DNA of 64,000 nucleotides from Saccostrea echinata (Eukaryota): NCBI RefSeq assembly GCF_033153115.1, contig NW_026889803.1, positions 2,046,001 to 2,110,000 of the forward strand, read 5' to 3'. Shown piece by piece: positions 50,617 to 64,000 of this stretch (position 1 is its first letter; each line of letters starts with the position of its first letter). The notes under the pieces were generated by a model. It saw only the letters and a program-made list of their open reading frames with translations, ran no database searches and was not told where the DNA came from. The position numbers and the translations under genes were made by a program.

Positions 50617-52005
50617 AAGGGGTGATCAAAAAGTTCGCAAACTATCTCCACATTTACAAAACCACAATTCAGATCAGAATGAAATTTGGCACGCAAATAG
50701 TCATACACATGTTCTATAAATAACAGATGTTTTACAATGTTTTGCTCCGTGTTTGAGACGTCACAAAGTGAAAATTACGTCAATGTATAGGTGATTTGTG
50801 ATAAAAAAAAATGGTTGACTCAGTCGTACTCGAGAAACGAACGGTTGTAAGTTTAAAGTATATCTTGGAGATTCCTTTGCAGTAGAATATAAAAATTGAA
50901 TTTGTACAAGGTTTATGAAGACAAAAGACTTACCAGAAGTTCAATCATTAATTGGATTGATTGTTTTAGTGAAGGCAGGGAGAAGGTTAAAAATAATGTT
51001 TGTTCTATTGCCCAGCGAAAGCAGTTGAGCGATTTGTTATGAAACCTCGCCAAGTTACGATAAGAAAACTATAATAGCGAGCGAAGCGAGCTCAATAGAC
51101 TAACGTGTAAGAACAGAGGAAATTTGGAATGACAAATACGTCAGGCAAATTTTGGTGTGAAACCTTCCCAGAATTCCCTCACTATCAGGATTCCATGCGA
51201 TAATGGCGATTATAAAATATAAAAGGCCTGCAGTTTGCTGAGAACTTAAAATTATAACAAAAAATAATTGCATTTACTCTACACGTATTTCGTTAAAAAT
51301 TGCACTAGGCCTGTAGTCTCGTTCAACCAGACGATCGGTTGTCTCCGTAAATTCCGACGTGATGTGACGTCACAGTCTAGACTGTGTCTCGTGCAGTTTG
51401 GAAGTTTGAAGAGATCAAAGTTTACAAGTGTAAGCTGTGTAAAGGTTTTTTTTTTTTTTTTTGGTTTTTGTTTTGTTTTTTTTTTTAATGGTGCAACTGA
51501 GCTCGCCCCAACGGTCACGCCGTAAAACATATCATAATTATTAAATCCCTAAAATATCGTTTACTTTAGACTTTAAACATATGAGATATGATAAAAACAA
51601 GGCGCCCATACTCTATCCACATTGGATAAACGACGCTCCCGAGACAAAGGACTGGGGTTGTGATGGTCACCATGTTAATTCTGGGAAGGGATATCCTTAT
51701 CCACCTATCTTATTGCCGAGATTTGGCCATTTCTGACAAGATGGACTGTACTTATTATAAAAAAAAATAACTTGCATGGTAAGAAATATAAGACTCGGAA
51801 AAATCTTTTAGCTTCTGTGAACAGACCGCTACGGAGCATGTCACGTGACCGCCTTGATCACGTGATTCGCGCATGGGCACAACAATGGCAGATATACATT
51901 AAAATCGGAGAGGATCACTTTAAAAAATAATATACACTGAAACCTCACTTTATTTCTTTTAAGGAAGTAAATCAATAAGTTCGCGAACTTTTTGATCACC
52001 CCACG
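50617..52005. mobile_element. Mariner-like non-autonomous element with a nested insertion
   Basis: TIRs GGGGTGATCAAAAAGTTCGC(A/G)AACT with TA at both flanks. A probable nested element at ~51071-51760 begins TATAATAGCGAGCGAAGCGAGC. Confidence 0.75.
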
Positions 52006-52725
52006 TAATTTATTGAATAGGTTATTACATGTATTAAAAAATGTACTTATTACTTAACTCCTAGTAAAGTGATTTTTAATGAACATTCTTGATTTGAAAG
52101 AGAGAACTGGACGACTTTGTGTTGATTGTGTTGAAAGCTTTATGTCAATCATTTCTCTTTCGTCAAGCATTGAAGTTTTAAATTATACATACTGTAAAGT
52201 CTGTTTCCTCAATGTTTCTATCTTTTCTGGAAAAAAATAAAATTGTTTTGATGCTAAACTTCTTCAATATTCGTGTATCAATAATGTTTTATTTTAGCAT
52301 GTTGTCTGTATATCAATGCTCTGGCGATTAACAAACGGCACTTCGTAAATTAAGTTTAAGCAAATATAAAATACCTACATGTATTCAATTTATTTCTTCA
52401 TTCATTTACCCCGCTTACAATTTAAGGGATTTCGGAAGACTGTTACATTTTTAAAACGCTTAACGAAGATAAGATCTGTTACTCATTCTTATTATAAATA
52501 GGAAGTATACCCATATTTTTAATTCTTGTGACTTTCATATTCTCATAGTCTTCACTTTGGGGTAACTTACTAACACCGATACTGAAAAATCATTTGAAAG
52601 TAAATCACTAAAAAGAGGAAAGCAGGAAGTCCAAGATCATAAAAAACAAGTAAATTTACTTTTCCATAACCAAAGACTAAAGAACACAAAAGAATTAAAG
52701 TATTGATAGATTTTGTCTTGCCACT

Positions 52726-54795
52726 CACTCTGTGTTGTTTCCCTGTTTGGCTTGCTGAACTTGACATTTGCATTTGATATTTGGATTACCTGTAAGTAAA
52801 TCAAAGATATTTTTGGAAAATGTCGCTAAATGCTCATTTAAAAGGCATTAAAAGGTAATTTGATAATTTTTGGTATCTTGTTTATCTTGATTAAAGAAAG
52901 GTATGTAGTTTTTAAACAGTCCTTGCAAAGATTATTATACGTGTTATTCGAAAAAGTTTACCTTTTAATTGACATTTAATACATTTCTTGTCAGTCATTA
53001 GAATATATCCTCTCTCGGTGACATCTGAGTCACTGAAAATAAAGATCAGCTTTGTGTATTTTGTCACACATTTGTATAGAAAATGGACACGGATATAGAC
53101 ACAAACTTGCATCGAGGCATATATACTTCCATCCATACAAACATACATACACACAAACATACAACTCTACCTTTTGTCTTGTTGAACATTTTCATAAATA
53201 TCAGCTGTAATAGAAAAGAATTATTTATTGTAAAGTGAAGGTATCGTAATTATTCCTGTTATCTCTTACTAGTATATATTTCCTTCAGGGTCCTGTACAA
53301 CCCTTTCATTAACATCACGCAACTTCTCTACTTTTTTAATCTCGATAAATTTATGAATTTAGTGTCTTTGCCACGTTGTATCGAATTTTGAATATTTAAA
53401 ATATGAACTTTGTGAAAGAATGACTTTTACTTCAGTAACAGTAGAAATAACATTATTGTGTAGCTTTTTATCCTTCCACTGATAATGAATGACTGGTCAT
53501 ATACACCATACATACCATCTCCCATATTAATTCTTCATAATAATAATTTCCTCGTGAACATTCGCCTTCAAGAGTACAACTTTGCTATCGAGATTTACTA
53601 TCAAGTGTATATGGTCTATGTTGCTTAAAATATAGCACAATCTTCCCTCACAAGACAAATGATTATTCTCCAAACTTCTCTGGGAAAAAAAAAAAGAAAA
53701 TGAATTTTATTAGATACTGATATCAATTTCTATTTCCATTACCAAATGTGATTGAAGAAAAGGTTCGCGATATTTTATCTCCATAAGACATTTTAATCAT
53801 TTTGTTTGAATAAAAAAAATTAAGAGAGTTCTTCATAAAGTATTTTAATAACGACTTCATGGTTAGAAAATACCTTATGATATTCGCGTAATGTACAATA
53901 TTGAATAATTTAAAAACTTTTTAAAAAGTTCGATATATCATTTCTCTCTCTTTTTTTTTTTAATTTAGCGATATTAAATAAGAGATGTATTTCGTATACG
54001 TACCTCTAATGAAAGATATGAATATTCTTATTTCCATTTTCAAAACGAGTTATCTTCTTCCGGGAGATAAATATTAAGAGCCAAGTTGATCCTATAAACA
54101 AAAGCGCGCTAATGTTGGAAAACGGGAAGTTTAAAGCAGGAAATGATCTTACTTTTTAATTACATTTTCCTGAAAATGAATGACATTAGAAATATTGAAA
54201 TAACATCGGAACATGAAAATTTATTTATAAAATACATTCCACTGGGAATGCTAATATTCCTTACAAAAGGAACAAAAATGCAAGATAATACCCAAACCCA
54301 AAGGAGATAATTTAAACACTCAATTATGTTATTGGAAAAACTCACTTTACGATAGGTTTACGACATCCATTTTGCGTATTTACTTTCGAATTATATTTCC
54401 CAATATATTACAGACATCCTATATACTTTTTGTCTTTCTAATTTACAATTTTTGGCATGAGGAATTCATGGGCCTAAATTGTTTACCCATTCAAGAATTA
54501 GTACAATGGTTTGTACAAAACTTATATTTCACGCTGTATGACGATATTTGCATACTGTAGAAAAAAATTGTCTTCTTGAGTAATGCAAGAATCTCCTAGA
54601 CCAAAACTTTTAACAATAAATTTTGGCAAAGATTTGATACAGTCCTATCTTTTAAGTTATCCTCAAAAAGATTTGTTCGTATTTTTCTCTTCCTTTCACA
54701 GTTAAACTTGTTATTTTTCGGATGGCCATTGTGCCTCCAGGGAACACAGAACTGATTAGTGAACAATGTTATATATGAATCAGCGCTAATATTGT
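52726..54795 (-). pseudogene. Probable decayed or incompletely resolved multi-exon receptor-like gene
   Basis: Three phase-compatible terminal exons: ~53206-53171 (DIYENVQQDK), ~53032-52962 (SDSDVTERGYILM..CIKCQLK) and ~52789-52726 (GNPNIKCKCQ..*). Upstream Cys-containing exon-like blocks (~53680, ~54090-54004, ~54795-54316) carry several in-frame stops and a frameshift. Confidence 0.4.
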
Positions 54796-54857
54796 CTACA
54801 TTTCATTTCTTTTTTTTTCCAATAGAATAAGTTAATATGATTTTTATGTCTTCAGAT

Positions 54858-54974
54858 CATGGCACCTGATCCCACCTCTGATGTTTTAGAGGTCCGTGTT
54901 TGCTCTGCTCCATAATTGTATTGTTTAATGGACTTTTGAGCTTGAATACTGTTCGTTATCTCCATATATTCCAT
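54858..54974 (+). mobile_element. Naiad-type PLE extreme 3' fragment
   Basis: Matches 33181-33297, from CATGGCACCTGATCCCACCTCTG to ATCTCCATATATT. Confidence 0.8.
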
Positions 54975-55379
54975 CATTGTTATATAGATATGTAAATTAT
55001 GGAATGAAAGTCCTAGGCCATTTTGTAACAACAGTAAAACTTGAGTAATATTTTCAATACTATACAAAATGTTGCGTGAATTAAAAAAGAATATTACGGA
55101 CATTGTACGCTTTAACATACATATTAAGTATATTTTCTTCTGACATTTTCTCTTGCAGATTAATGTTTTACAGTTTCTTATTTTACTTGCATTTGATAAA
55201 CCAATGGTTAAGATATTTAAAGTTTTTATCCTACTTCTTTGCAATAAATATCATTTAAGATTTCTAAACCCAGAATTGGAAAAGGATTAAAAGAAAACCT
55301 ATGGTTTTTCTCCATAAGTATGATCAGTAAGTTTATTCTTATATAGTTTATGTTTTACTGACTATAAATATTGATGGCC

Positions 55380-55935
55380 AACTAAAAACTACACTATATA
55401 ACAAACGGGAGGACTTCAGCTTTTCCATCAACAAATTCCCTTATTTATAAAGTTACATACTACTATCGCCTCCATTTGGTGTTTACGTCTCCCAGTTGAT
55501 TCGATAAGCAGGAGCATGCTCTGAGTACCAACAATTTTTAAAAAGAGATTTGCTACTGAAAAATAAGTGGATGTTACAGGATTTTCAACAATCTCGTTTA
55601 AGTCAGCATTACGCAAATCTATGCATTATTATGAGTTCGTTTACAAATACAACCCATCGTTGGGTTGTATTTTGAATAACACATTTCATATATACCAATT
55701 GTTAGGCCACTGTTTTACACTGATTTTAGCTACGGATAACTCCGTTTTTCCTAATCAATTCAGAGGGCTCACGAATGGTATGATCGGCCGACATGGGATG
55801 CTTTCTACTCCTAAGCATCTGATCCCACCTCTGTTATTTCGAGGGGTCCGGGTTTTTTTGTCCGGGTCAAAATTTGTATTGTTTAAAGGATTATGAGATC
55901 GATCACTGTTCGTTTTCATCACCTTTTCCATTCAT
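55380..55935 (+). mobile_element. Older divergent Naiad-type PLE 3' fragment
   Basis: Decayed TLYNKREDFSFSI and SQLIR..AC RT C-terminus plus the 3' motif (CTGATCCCACCTCTG..GGGGTCCG). Confidence 0.75.
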
Positions 55936-58900
55936 TTATTTTTCATGTACTTGTATTGCTGAAATGGGATTTTGGATTTAATTTGCAAATATTCCTATTG
56001 AACATAAATGATAATGATGTCAATATCATATCCATCTGCCTCTCACTAGGAAATGTACCAAACAATGCAAAAAGAGGTATAACAGAGGCTAAAGTATTAA
56101 TCTTGAAAATTCTTCTTTCAGCAAATCACAGTTTCTTTAAACCAGAAACAGAAAATCAAAAAAAGGTTTCGCAAAAGCGTAATCCATTCCATATCAATTA
56201 TGTCAACCTTAGCCATAGATTCTGTGTATGATATATAATAACAGAAAGTCGACACCACGTGAGACTTGCTCTGGGGTCAAAATGGTCATAACATTTGACC
56301 GGGAATACTGCAAATCTATATGTCCGCATTCATGTTCAAAAAACATCCTGAAGGCATTTGGTTAACAGACTTCTCTGACTGATTTGTGACTATTACAATT
56401 AGCCCTTGTTAAATTATTGCACCTTATATATAATTAAGAGTCATGCTGTTGCGTAAGGCACGTTATGTTTTATCTCGTCACGAGTGCAAGAGACATTCAC
56501 AAACGATGTGAACTTTTCCTTTATTTCCCCAAAGTGATTCATTCCTGTTAAGGACAGACGATACGTTCCTCAATAATATATTATTTTTTCTAAGATTTTG
56601 CCATTGAAGTATTTCTACTTTAATATGTTTACTCGCAAAAAATTGAGGTACCTCACCAGGCATTTGTGCAAGATACCGGAGGATGTTGTTTCCTAGAAAA
56701 TCCTTTTAGAAAAAAACTTGATTTGCCAATATCACATTTATTAGTGTTTCAATTTTTTAAAGACAATTAGAAACCAGTTTAGAAATCAGAAAGCATTTAA
56801 AATTTTCAATATTTTCCATACAATACGAAGATATACAAAACAGATATTTGAGGAACGTATCGTCTGACCTTAAACCTACGCAATTTTTATGAAATTTTTA
56901 AATAAAATATCGAGCGCTGTTTTCAAATTGTTTCTGCAAGTAAAATATGCATTCTATTATCAAATGGGGGGGGGGGGGGGTTATATATCATAAAACATTT
57001 TTATTCAATTTTTATACCTAGATTTTCAAGTATCTAGTAATGGGGGTGTTAATGTTTTTAAAAAATCAATCTATATTAAGAATTGCTGACACTAATGACT
57101 AGTCAAAGTTCTATGTATAAGATAAAACAAATATTAAGCATTGTACTTTAGGCACATATATACGTTAACGCTGTGTATTTTACCAGTATTAAGTCGTCCC
57201 AACTCCGTTATCATGTATACTACATAGTGTAAAGTGTACAGGTGATCCACTCGTCATCTGTAATCTAATTATTTTGACAAGCGGTTTTAACGCCCTTATA
57301 ATTGAGGTAATGAGGTTTTGACCTCACAATCACTGTAAAATCATTATACTTCTGGGAAAAAAAATTAATTTCGATCATTCTAGTTTATTTAAGCTATTCT
57401 TCAGACCGATTTTTTTAAATAGACTTTACAAAGAAATTTTTAAAAACAATATCAGCGAATCAGCCCTGCTCTATTCCAGTTTTTCATTTGATTACATCTC
57501 TAGTTTTTAATGATTATAATTACATCTAAAGTTTGTAATGGTTATATGTCAGTACCTCAGACAGATCACACATTTAAGTTTGTTTAAGTTGTACATCTGT
57601 GTTATGACCATTACCGTAAAAAAGCATATAGATAAAATTCTCCAATTAAAAAGTACTTTCTACATTAAGAATAAAATAATGAATCCGTTTTGACTTATGT
57701 AAAGAAAAAATAATAAATCGCTTAAGGCAAAATATAAAAAAAGACTAAAGGTCAGCAGGGAGTTAAAATATTTTTTTTCACATTATGGGTTGGATGATTT
57801 CATTTATTGAAGAATAATTTACTTTTTAGCAATTTTAGCAAAATCATACGCTTTGCACTACATAAAAACCCCAAAAATATCGCTTATGGCTTACTTACAA
57901 CCTTTGTTAATAGATATATACATGTATAGTTTATCTAAATATCTGTTACTGTTGTACTTTGTTACTTTAAGTTATTGGAAATATTTTTTATTTCACCGAA
58001 ATAAGGCTTGCACTTTTTCATGCGACAAGAAATTCGAAAGAAAAATGCCATAACACCTCAGAATTAGTATCTAAGGTCCCAACTAAATGAATATTTTCTT
58101 TAGAGAATTCTGGTCCCATGATTAAGAAGCAGATTTAGATTTAAGTCAAATTTTAAATTAATTTTAAGATACTTATTGTCAACTTGAATTATAAATGTGT
58201 AGATAATAACATCTTGATAATGCAATATTCATTAGTGATTTATTTTGTACTATTTAACTTCTACATCATATCAGCAGTATGTACATATTTTGAGGTAAGT
58301 TTAAGATGTTTCATGTTATCGGGGCCTGGATTTCTTAGACAAAACAATTGCTTTTAGTGGATTAAACAGTTCGAATTTTCAACTTTCTGTTACTTTTTAA
58401 TTAATCATTAACTACTTTAAAATGTATAACTACATGCACTCGCGCATTTCAGTTTTATTCGAAAAAGTCAACAACAACAAAATTATCAGTGGAAAACAAA
58501 GTTGTTGTTTTTTTCACATTAGATGGGGCCTACTTGTAATCATTTTTTTTACCCCAATGATAAAACAGAACCAAAGAAAGCTTATATTCTTTGTAGAGCA
58601 GTAAGAAAAAATACCTTGCTGACTTAAAAGTATATGTAAACTTTAAGACAGTCAAACATTGAAATGTGTCAGAGAGTCTTACTCTCAGTAACACATAAGA
58701 TTCTGTAGAGTTTAATATTTCTGGAGTAATAGTAGCTTATTTAGATGTAATTTAGACCTTTGACGACAAAAAAAAAAACGTTTAGATTCATGTAGAAGCT
58801 AACAAAATTAAACACAATCTAAATTTCACCATCATGTGTTTCTGATATGTTTAGTTACTCTTCTCAAGCTTATCTTTTAGAAAAATGATTAAGTTAAACA

Positions 58901-60165
58901 CTTAACGAAAATTAATAACATATCGAACTCTGAACCGACTGATCATGACAACAGAGAGATTTTTGAGAGTCCAGGAAAATATTTCTATACTGAGGCTTAC
59001 TTAATTATAGAAATTTATTTTAGATAAAACACGATTCTCAAATTAACGTTCATACATGCAGTCATAAATTAAAAAAAATAGATGTATAAGCACGGATTTT
59101 TTTAATAACACTTGTAATGCTCCTTGAAATCTACATCATGTACAGAATATTTAAATGCATAATAATACAGATCAATTAGACTTAACCAACTAATAAAAAT
59201 TGCGTCAAAACGGGAAACATTTTAAAAAGTTGGTGTATTTACTTAATGTTCTCTGTTTAATATTGACCTTCATTCGTTTATATTCACGAAAGGGAAGGAA
59301 AAACTATTCCATTTCCTTTCAGTTCACATATAGGCATAATTACCAAAGCTTCATACCATGTTTGATTCATTTTCTTCCTACTTTTACAGTCAGGGCTGAA
59401 GTATTGCACCTGTAAACATGTACTGAAACCGTGTGCCTTACATGGGAAGAAATATTTGTACAGTCGATAATCTGCAAAAAAATTCATTGTTTTGTCGTAA
59501 AAAATAATATGACGCATTTGGTGACGATAAACGTTGTTTTTATTACTAATATTCCTTAATGATTTTCCTTGTAATTTGTTTCAGATGTTTATGTAAAAAG
59601 TGTTTTAATAAATCCCCCCAAAAAATTGTCGAATTCAAGGTAATGATGAAATAATGCATCATTTATAATGCAATTCCTTTAGACGGATTATGAAGTTGTG
59701 AATTAAAATAATTTATCATTCATATGTTACTAGCAAAATTATTATATTTGTACACATTTTAAAAAAGTCAAACCATATATTATAATTTATTCAAATATGT
59801 ATTACAGAATATATATTCATAAGCTGGCATAATCAACAATATAATAAATAATAACAACATAAATTAAAATTATTATATACAAAAAAGTGGCATTATCTTT
59901 CTTTCAGAACAAATGACAATTAACTTAATTGCTTTCTCGCTGACTTTGCAAACAAAAAGACTGACAGAATTCTGATAATGGAGTGAAAAAGAAACAGGCA
60001 GTGTAACTCACTTCTTTTGGTATGTATGACCTTCCACAGCTCTGGAACATAGCTTGATACATTTTACGTAGACCCTCTGACATTCCCCCCAGAACAAAAG
60101 GGGGCTGTTTGCTTGGAAGGTAACACCTTATCTAGTTGTTGCCCTATATCATTTTTTTTTAAAAA

Positions 60166-60836
60166 TCAGCTGTTGTCCGCACGGGCACACCTTTGCTCCC
60201 TGCAGTTAGTTCGCCACTCTCCCTGCAAATTGTCACAAAGTCGACAGAAAAGGTCTGCAAGAAACACGGCATGAAATGTGTAGTCCCTGTCCTTCACTGG
60301 GGGCTTTTTTATGCCTTGGTCTGTGCTTTTGACACCTTGTGTCTTTTTTGAAGTGTCAATTCTGTCAACTAGTTTTCCAATTTTTCTTCTGATCACCGGT
60401 TTTTGCACCGCCCTTCTCATTGGAAGTATTTTGGACAGTAATGCCTTACCGTATCGTGCTCTTGTGTTCGCAGATGGTCCTGTGACAGGAGTTTTCCGGG
60501 AATTCCATTGTCTGGAAGATGGCTGAAGAACTGACTTAGAACTGTCATATGTCCTCCGTGAAGACGACTGGTTTGGTATTATTCTTAGTTGCGAAGACCT
60601 GGGTGAAATTAGGCGGCGATTTGCTGAAAGATAAATATTTTGTTAACAAAGTTCAAAAGCGTCGTTTAAAAATTAATTTTTGATGTTTGTGTTAATTTAA
60701 GACACAAAAGAGACAATTAAGTAACATGATTTTGATGTGTTTGGAGGAAAAGGTATACTAATGATTTCAAAAGTACTTTTTAATTTTTTCTAACAATTTA
60801 ACAAGCAATTTTTTTAAATGATTTATTAATAAGCAA

Positions 60837-60908
<72 letters not shown>

Positions 60909-61091
60909 GAAAACATTTTTCATATATTACTAAACAAAAGTGAAAGGACCAAGCATTGCATAAGTAAAACTGCCAAAGTCATTCTTACCCTGCCTCAAAT
61001 TAGTCTGTGGAGAAATATGAAATCCAGAAGCGATATTTATGTTCCATAAAAAGCAAAAGAATAACAAACTACTCTGCTTCTGGAAATCCAT
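60166..61091 (-). CDS. Secreted Arg/Lys-rich protein with a C-terminal C-x2-C-x9-C-x4-C motif, 186 aa
   Basis: Exon 1 is 61091-60989 (MDFQKQSSLLFFCFLWNINIASG, signal-peptide-like; GTAAGA donor). Exon 2 is 60623-60166 (CTTTCAG acceptor, phase 1), open to TGA. Confidence 0.8.
60839..60907. repeat. (AT)n microsatellite in the intron of the secreted protein gene
   Basis: Uninterrupted AT run. Confidence 0.95.
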
Positions 61092-64000
61092 TTCGGACAC
61101 AGCGTTGTGTGAATTTTAAACAGCTGTTGTCATATCGCTTCTTTAGGAAAAGCCATGGTCCTGCACTTTATGAACAATAGAAAAAAGTTCAAGCATCAGC
61201 GACAACTGCAAAGTAGTTTTTATGGTCTTTGTCCTGTAATAAATGACACCTTTATCATGGACAGAGGTTCAAAGACAGGTGATCTCTCCGGCCCCTCTCA
61301 GTTCGACAGGTAAACGCTGCGACACATCATTATCCAACATGTTCGTATTAGTCACTGATCCTAATTCAGCTTACCTACTTCTATTTATATATATATGATA
61401 AAAGGTAAATTGTCAAAAGTGTCTTCTAAGCGTTTCATTGTAAAAAAAATTGTCCATTAAAATTTAAAGCCCATTTTGTGTTGTCTTAAACTTAGACGTT
61501 GATTGGCGACATTTATTCAAAAGTTGCGAAATAGGGTGTGTGTGAGATTTATTACGCAGCAATGACATACGATTACGCAAACGTGCAAATATATCCATCA
61601 AAAGAATTTTGATAAGAATTTAAAACAAAAAATATTTTGATCCAATTAAGATAAGGTAACTAATTCCCTTGAAGTAATGGTGAACGTGAACTTATTCTCT
61701 TGTCCCAGAAATCTGCTTTTGATAATATTGTTATGAAAAAATGTTTTGATACACATATGTACATGTATTTTGTATTCAGCATACATATTTTTCTAGTTGC
61801 GAAGTTCTTTAGAGTGAATAAGAATTCTTTGTTTGAAAAATTGGCTAACGTATTGGATGATGTTTAAGGGTAATGAATCCTGTACAACCAGGGTAATGTT
61901 TCCGCTGTCCATTGCTTAGAAAATGAACACTACTTGTTTTCTCAAATACAATGTAATTTAGGGCTAATGAATTAAGCTTTTACGAATCAAAAAATAAACA
62001 TATATAAACTTGCTTCATTATTCTAACATCAGTAAGGAACTAGTCATTCATGTTCAATTTAAACATTGCACACTCTTTTAAATTCATTGACTATTTTTTA
62101 TATATTAATGTAGAATAGTCAATGACATCACTGCTTGTTTATAACTGTTCAATATGAATATGTTTTGCCCACGACTTTGCAAATGTAAGAGGTAATCATT
62201 ATCCGGAGGCTCCTAAAAGTTGCCTATCAAAATATTATAGAGACTATTTTGGAGAACTCAAGCAATAATACAATTTTATGAGTACCTATGATAAAAAAAT
62301 CATCAGTGGTTGAAATTGCATGCACTAATCTGATCTTTACCAAACATTGAAGAGAAATCAACATTCACTGATCAGTTGTCATTACATTTTTGCCAAGACT
62401 AATGCCACAATGCACATCATTAGAATGAGATCTTTCAACAAGGGGTTAGTGTGTGCTTAACAAATGTATAATTGCAAGTAGTTTTGCCACTAAAACACTG
62501 TTTTTTATGCGAAATTAAATAATTCCTTAACGGTTTTGTCTTCATGTTCACACATTGCTGTCCGTGCTTGCTGATATCCTCTGAGTTGCCTAATTGCATT
62601 TTAGTCAATTAATATACCATAACTAGAAAGAACCAATTAAATATGTTCCCTTTATTAAATAGTATTATCACTTCTATCTATATATGTTAAACGGTATTTC
62701 AGTTATATGTCATGTGGTTAAATTAAATTATATTTATAAATGCATATTGTAACATGTATTTTGTTGTAGAAACAACAATTGCTTAGACATTTATGTTTAT
62801 TTTCAATCAAACTCTTTACATAATGAATAACATATTTTTAGAATTATGAGCTTCATCAAAAATATGAGCAGAATATGAAAATTACAACAACAAAAAAAGA
62901 ATTATTTTATTTTCACATGGGTCTTTTGTTAATTAAGGATATATCAGAATATAAAGTCATTCGTAGATTATGGGACTGTATAAGTTCAGGTGAAAACTGT
63001 GCTAACCTTCAACTGAGTAACAACCTACAATGACAAAATACATATAAAAGTAGAGAAGGTTTTATAAAATCATTCACAGCTTGTTAATGGACAGTAAGTG
63101 CACACTGGTACTGTGCATGTCAATTAAGGTATGTTACAGGTAATTAAATGTGAATTATGTCATTTATAGTCGTTTAAAACATTAATGACACAAAATTAAA
63201 ATAGATTTCATGATAGCAAACTGGAACTATGTACACGTTTATTATTTCTGTGTTGTGTTTTTATATATTAATGTAGATGCTGTTTTGTTCTTGTCAAAAT
63301 CTGGAAATTCCATCAGTCTGATAGTCTAAATTAGCTATTCAAGCATACACATTTGCAATTTACGTCAACATGTACAGCTCCGAGTACTTTTTTAAGCTCA
63401 CATGGTTTTTCGCACAAATTAAGGTCACATTCTTCTTATAATAAAAAAAATCAACATTATCAAACTTAAGTATGACAAAATAACCCTGAGATTTATTTTA
63501 TATCTCATTTTAAGTGTACGTGCCTTTTACAATTATTATGTCATGTTTTCAAAGTCGATGTTTTAAAGAGGAGTTTATCAATAAATGGTACGATGTAACA
63601 ACTATATGATTCAACATTTATAGGTATTTACAAATTGGATTAATCGAGCTTCTTTAATACTATTTAGTTATAATTTTTAAATTGACTTCTTAAAGGTTCT
63701 AAGTACTTTGTTCATTTACCATATCGTTCTTGGTCTTGTCGATAGGTAGCACCGAAAAGGGACAACGCTGCGGATAGAAACCATGCCAGAAGGTAGGATA
63801 ATGAAGCATTGCTTATCTTTCAAAATGATAAATTGTTACTATTGAAAGGAAAATTTTTACATTTACAGTTTGAAACTTTGTAATTTTGTAGTGGGAAGGA
63901 TCTCTCATGATGCAAGATTTCAGAAAGTAAATGTGAAAAATGCCAATTTTTTAACATGGAAAGCAGTCGAATAGATGAGAAATACTGTTATCATCTTGCT

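Overview
AT-rich, intron-containing animal genomic DNA, most likely a bivalve (oyster-like, inferred from the Helentron-type satellite carriers, Naiad Penelope-like elements and sigma-class GST). Genes were spliced by hand. (1) A minus-strand type-I membrane protein (~539 aa) with degenerate C-type-lectin-like ectodomains, an ITIM-like SVYDTI motif and a cytoplasmic CxxC..CxxC motif (10387-15336). (2) Two intact, tandemly duplicated AADAC/NCEH1-like (HSL-family) carboxylesterase genes of 415 aa each (16361-19652 and 26768-35394), plus a third, orphan first exon (37298-37444). (3) A head-to-head sigma-class GST (39081-40538). (4) Two intronless paralogous ORFs of an unrecognised family (43029-43511, 44664-45572). 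(5) A probable decayed receptor-like gene (~52.7-54.8 kb). (6) A two-exon secreted basic protein with a C-terminal 4-Cys motif (60166-61091). The window is rich in mobile DNA: six Naiad-type PLE copies or fragments, all retaining all or part of a conserved, apparently structured 3' motif (candidate ribozyme or RT-recognition RNA), plus Helentron-type elements, tRNA-SINEs, MITEs and hairpin-bearing Crypton-like elements. The esterase duplication exposes the empty sites of many insertions. All family assignments come from motif recognition, not database searches.
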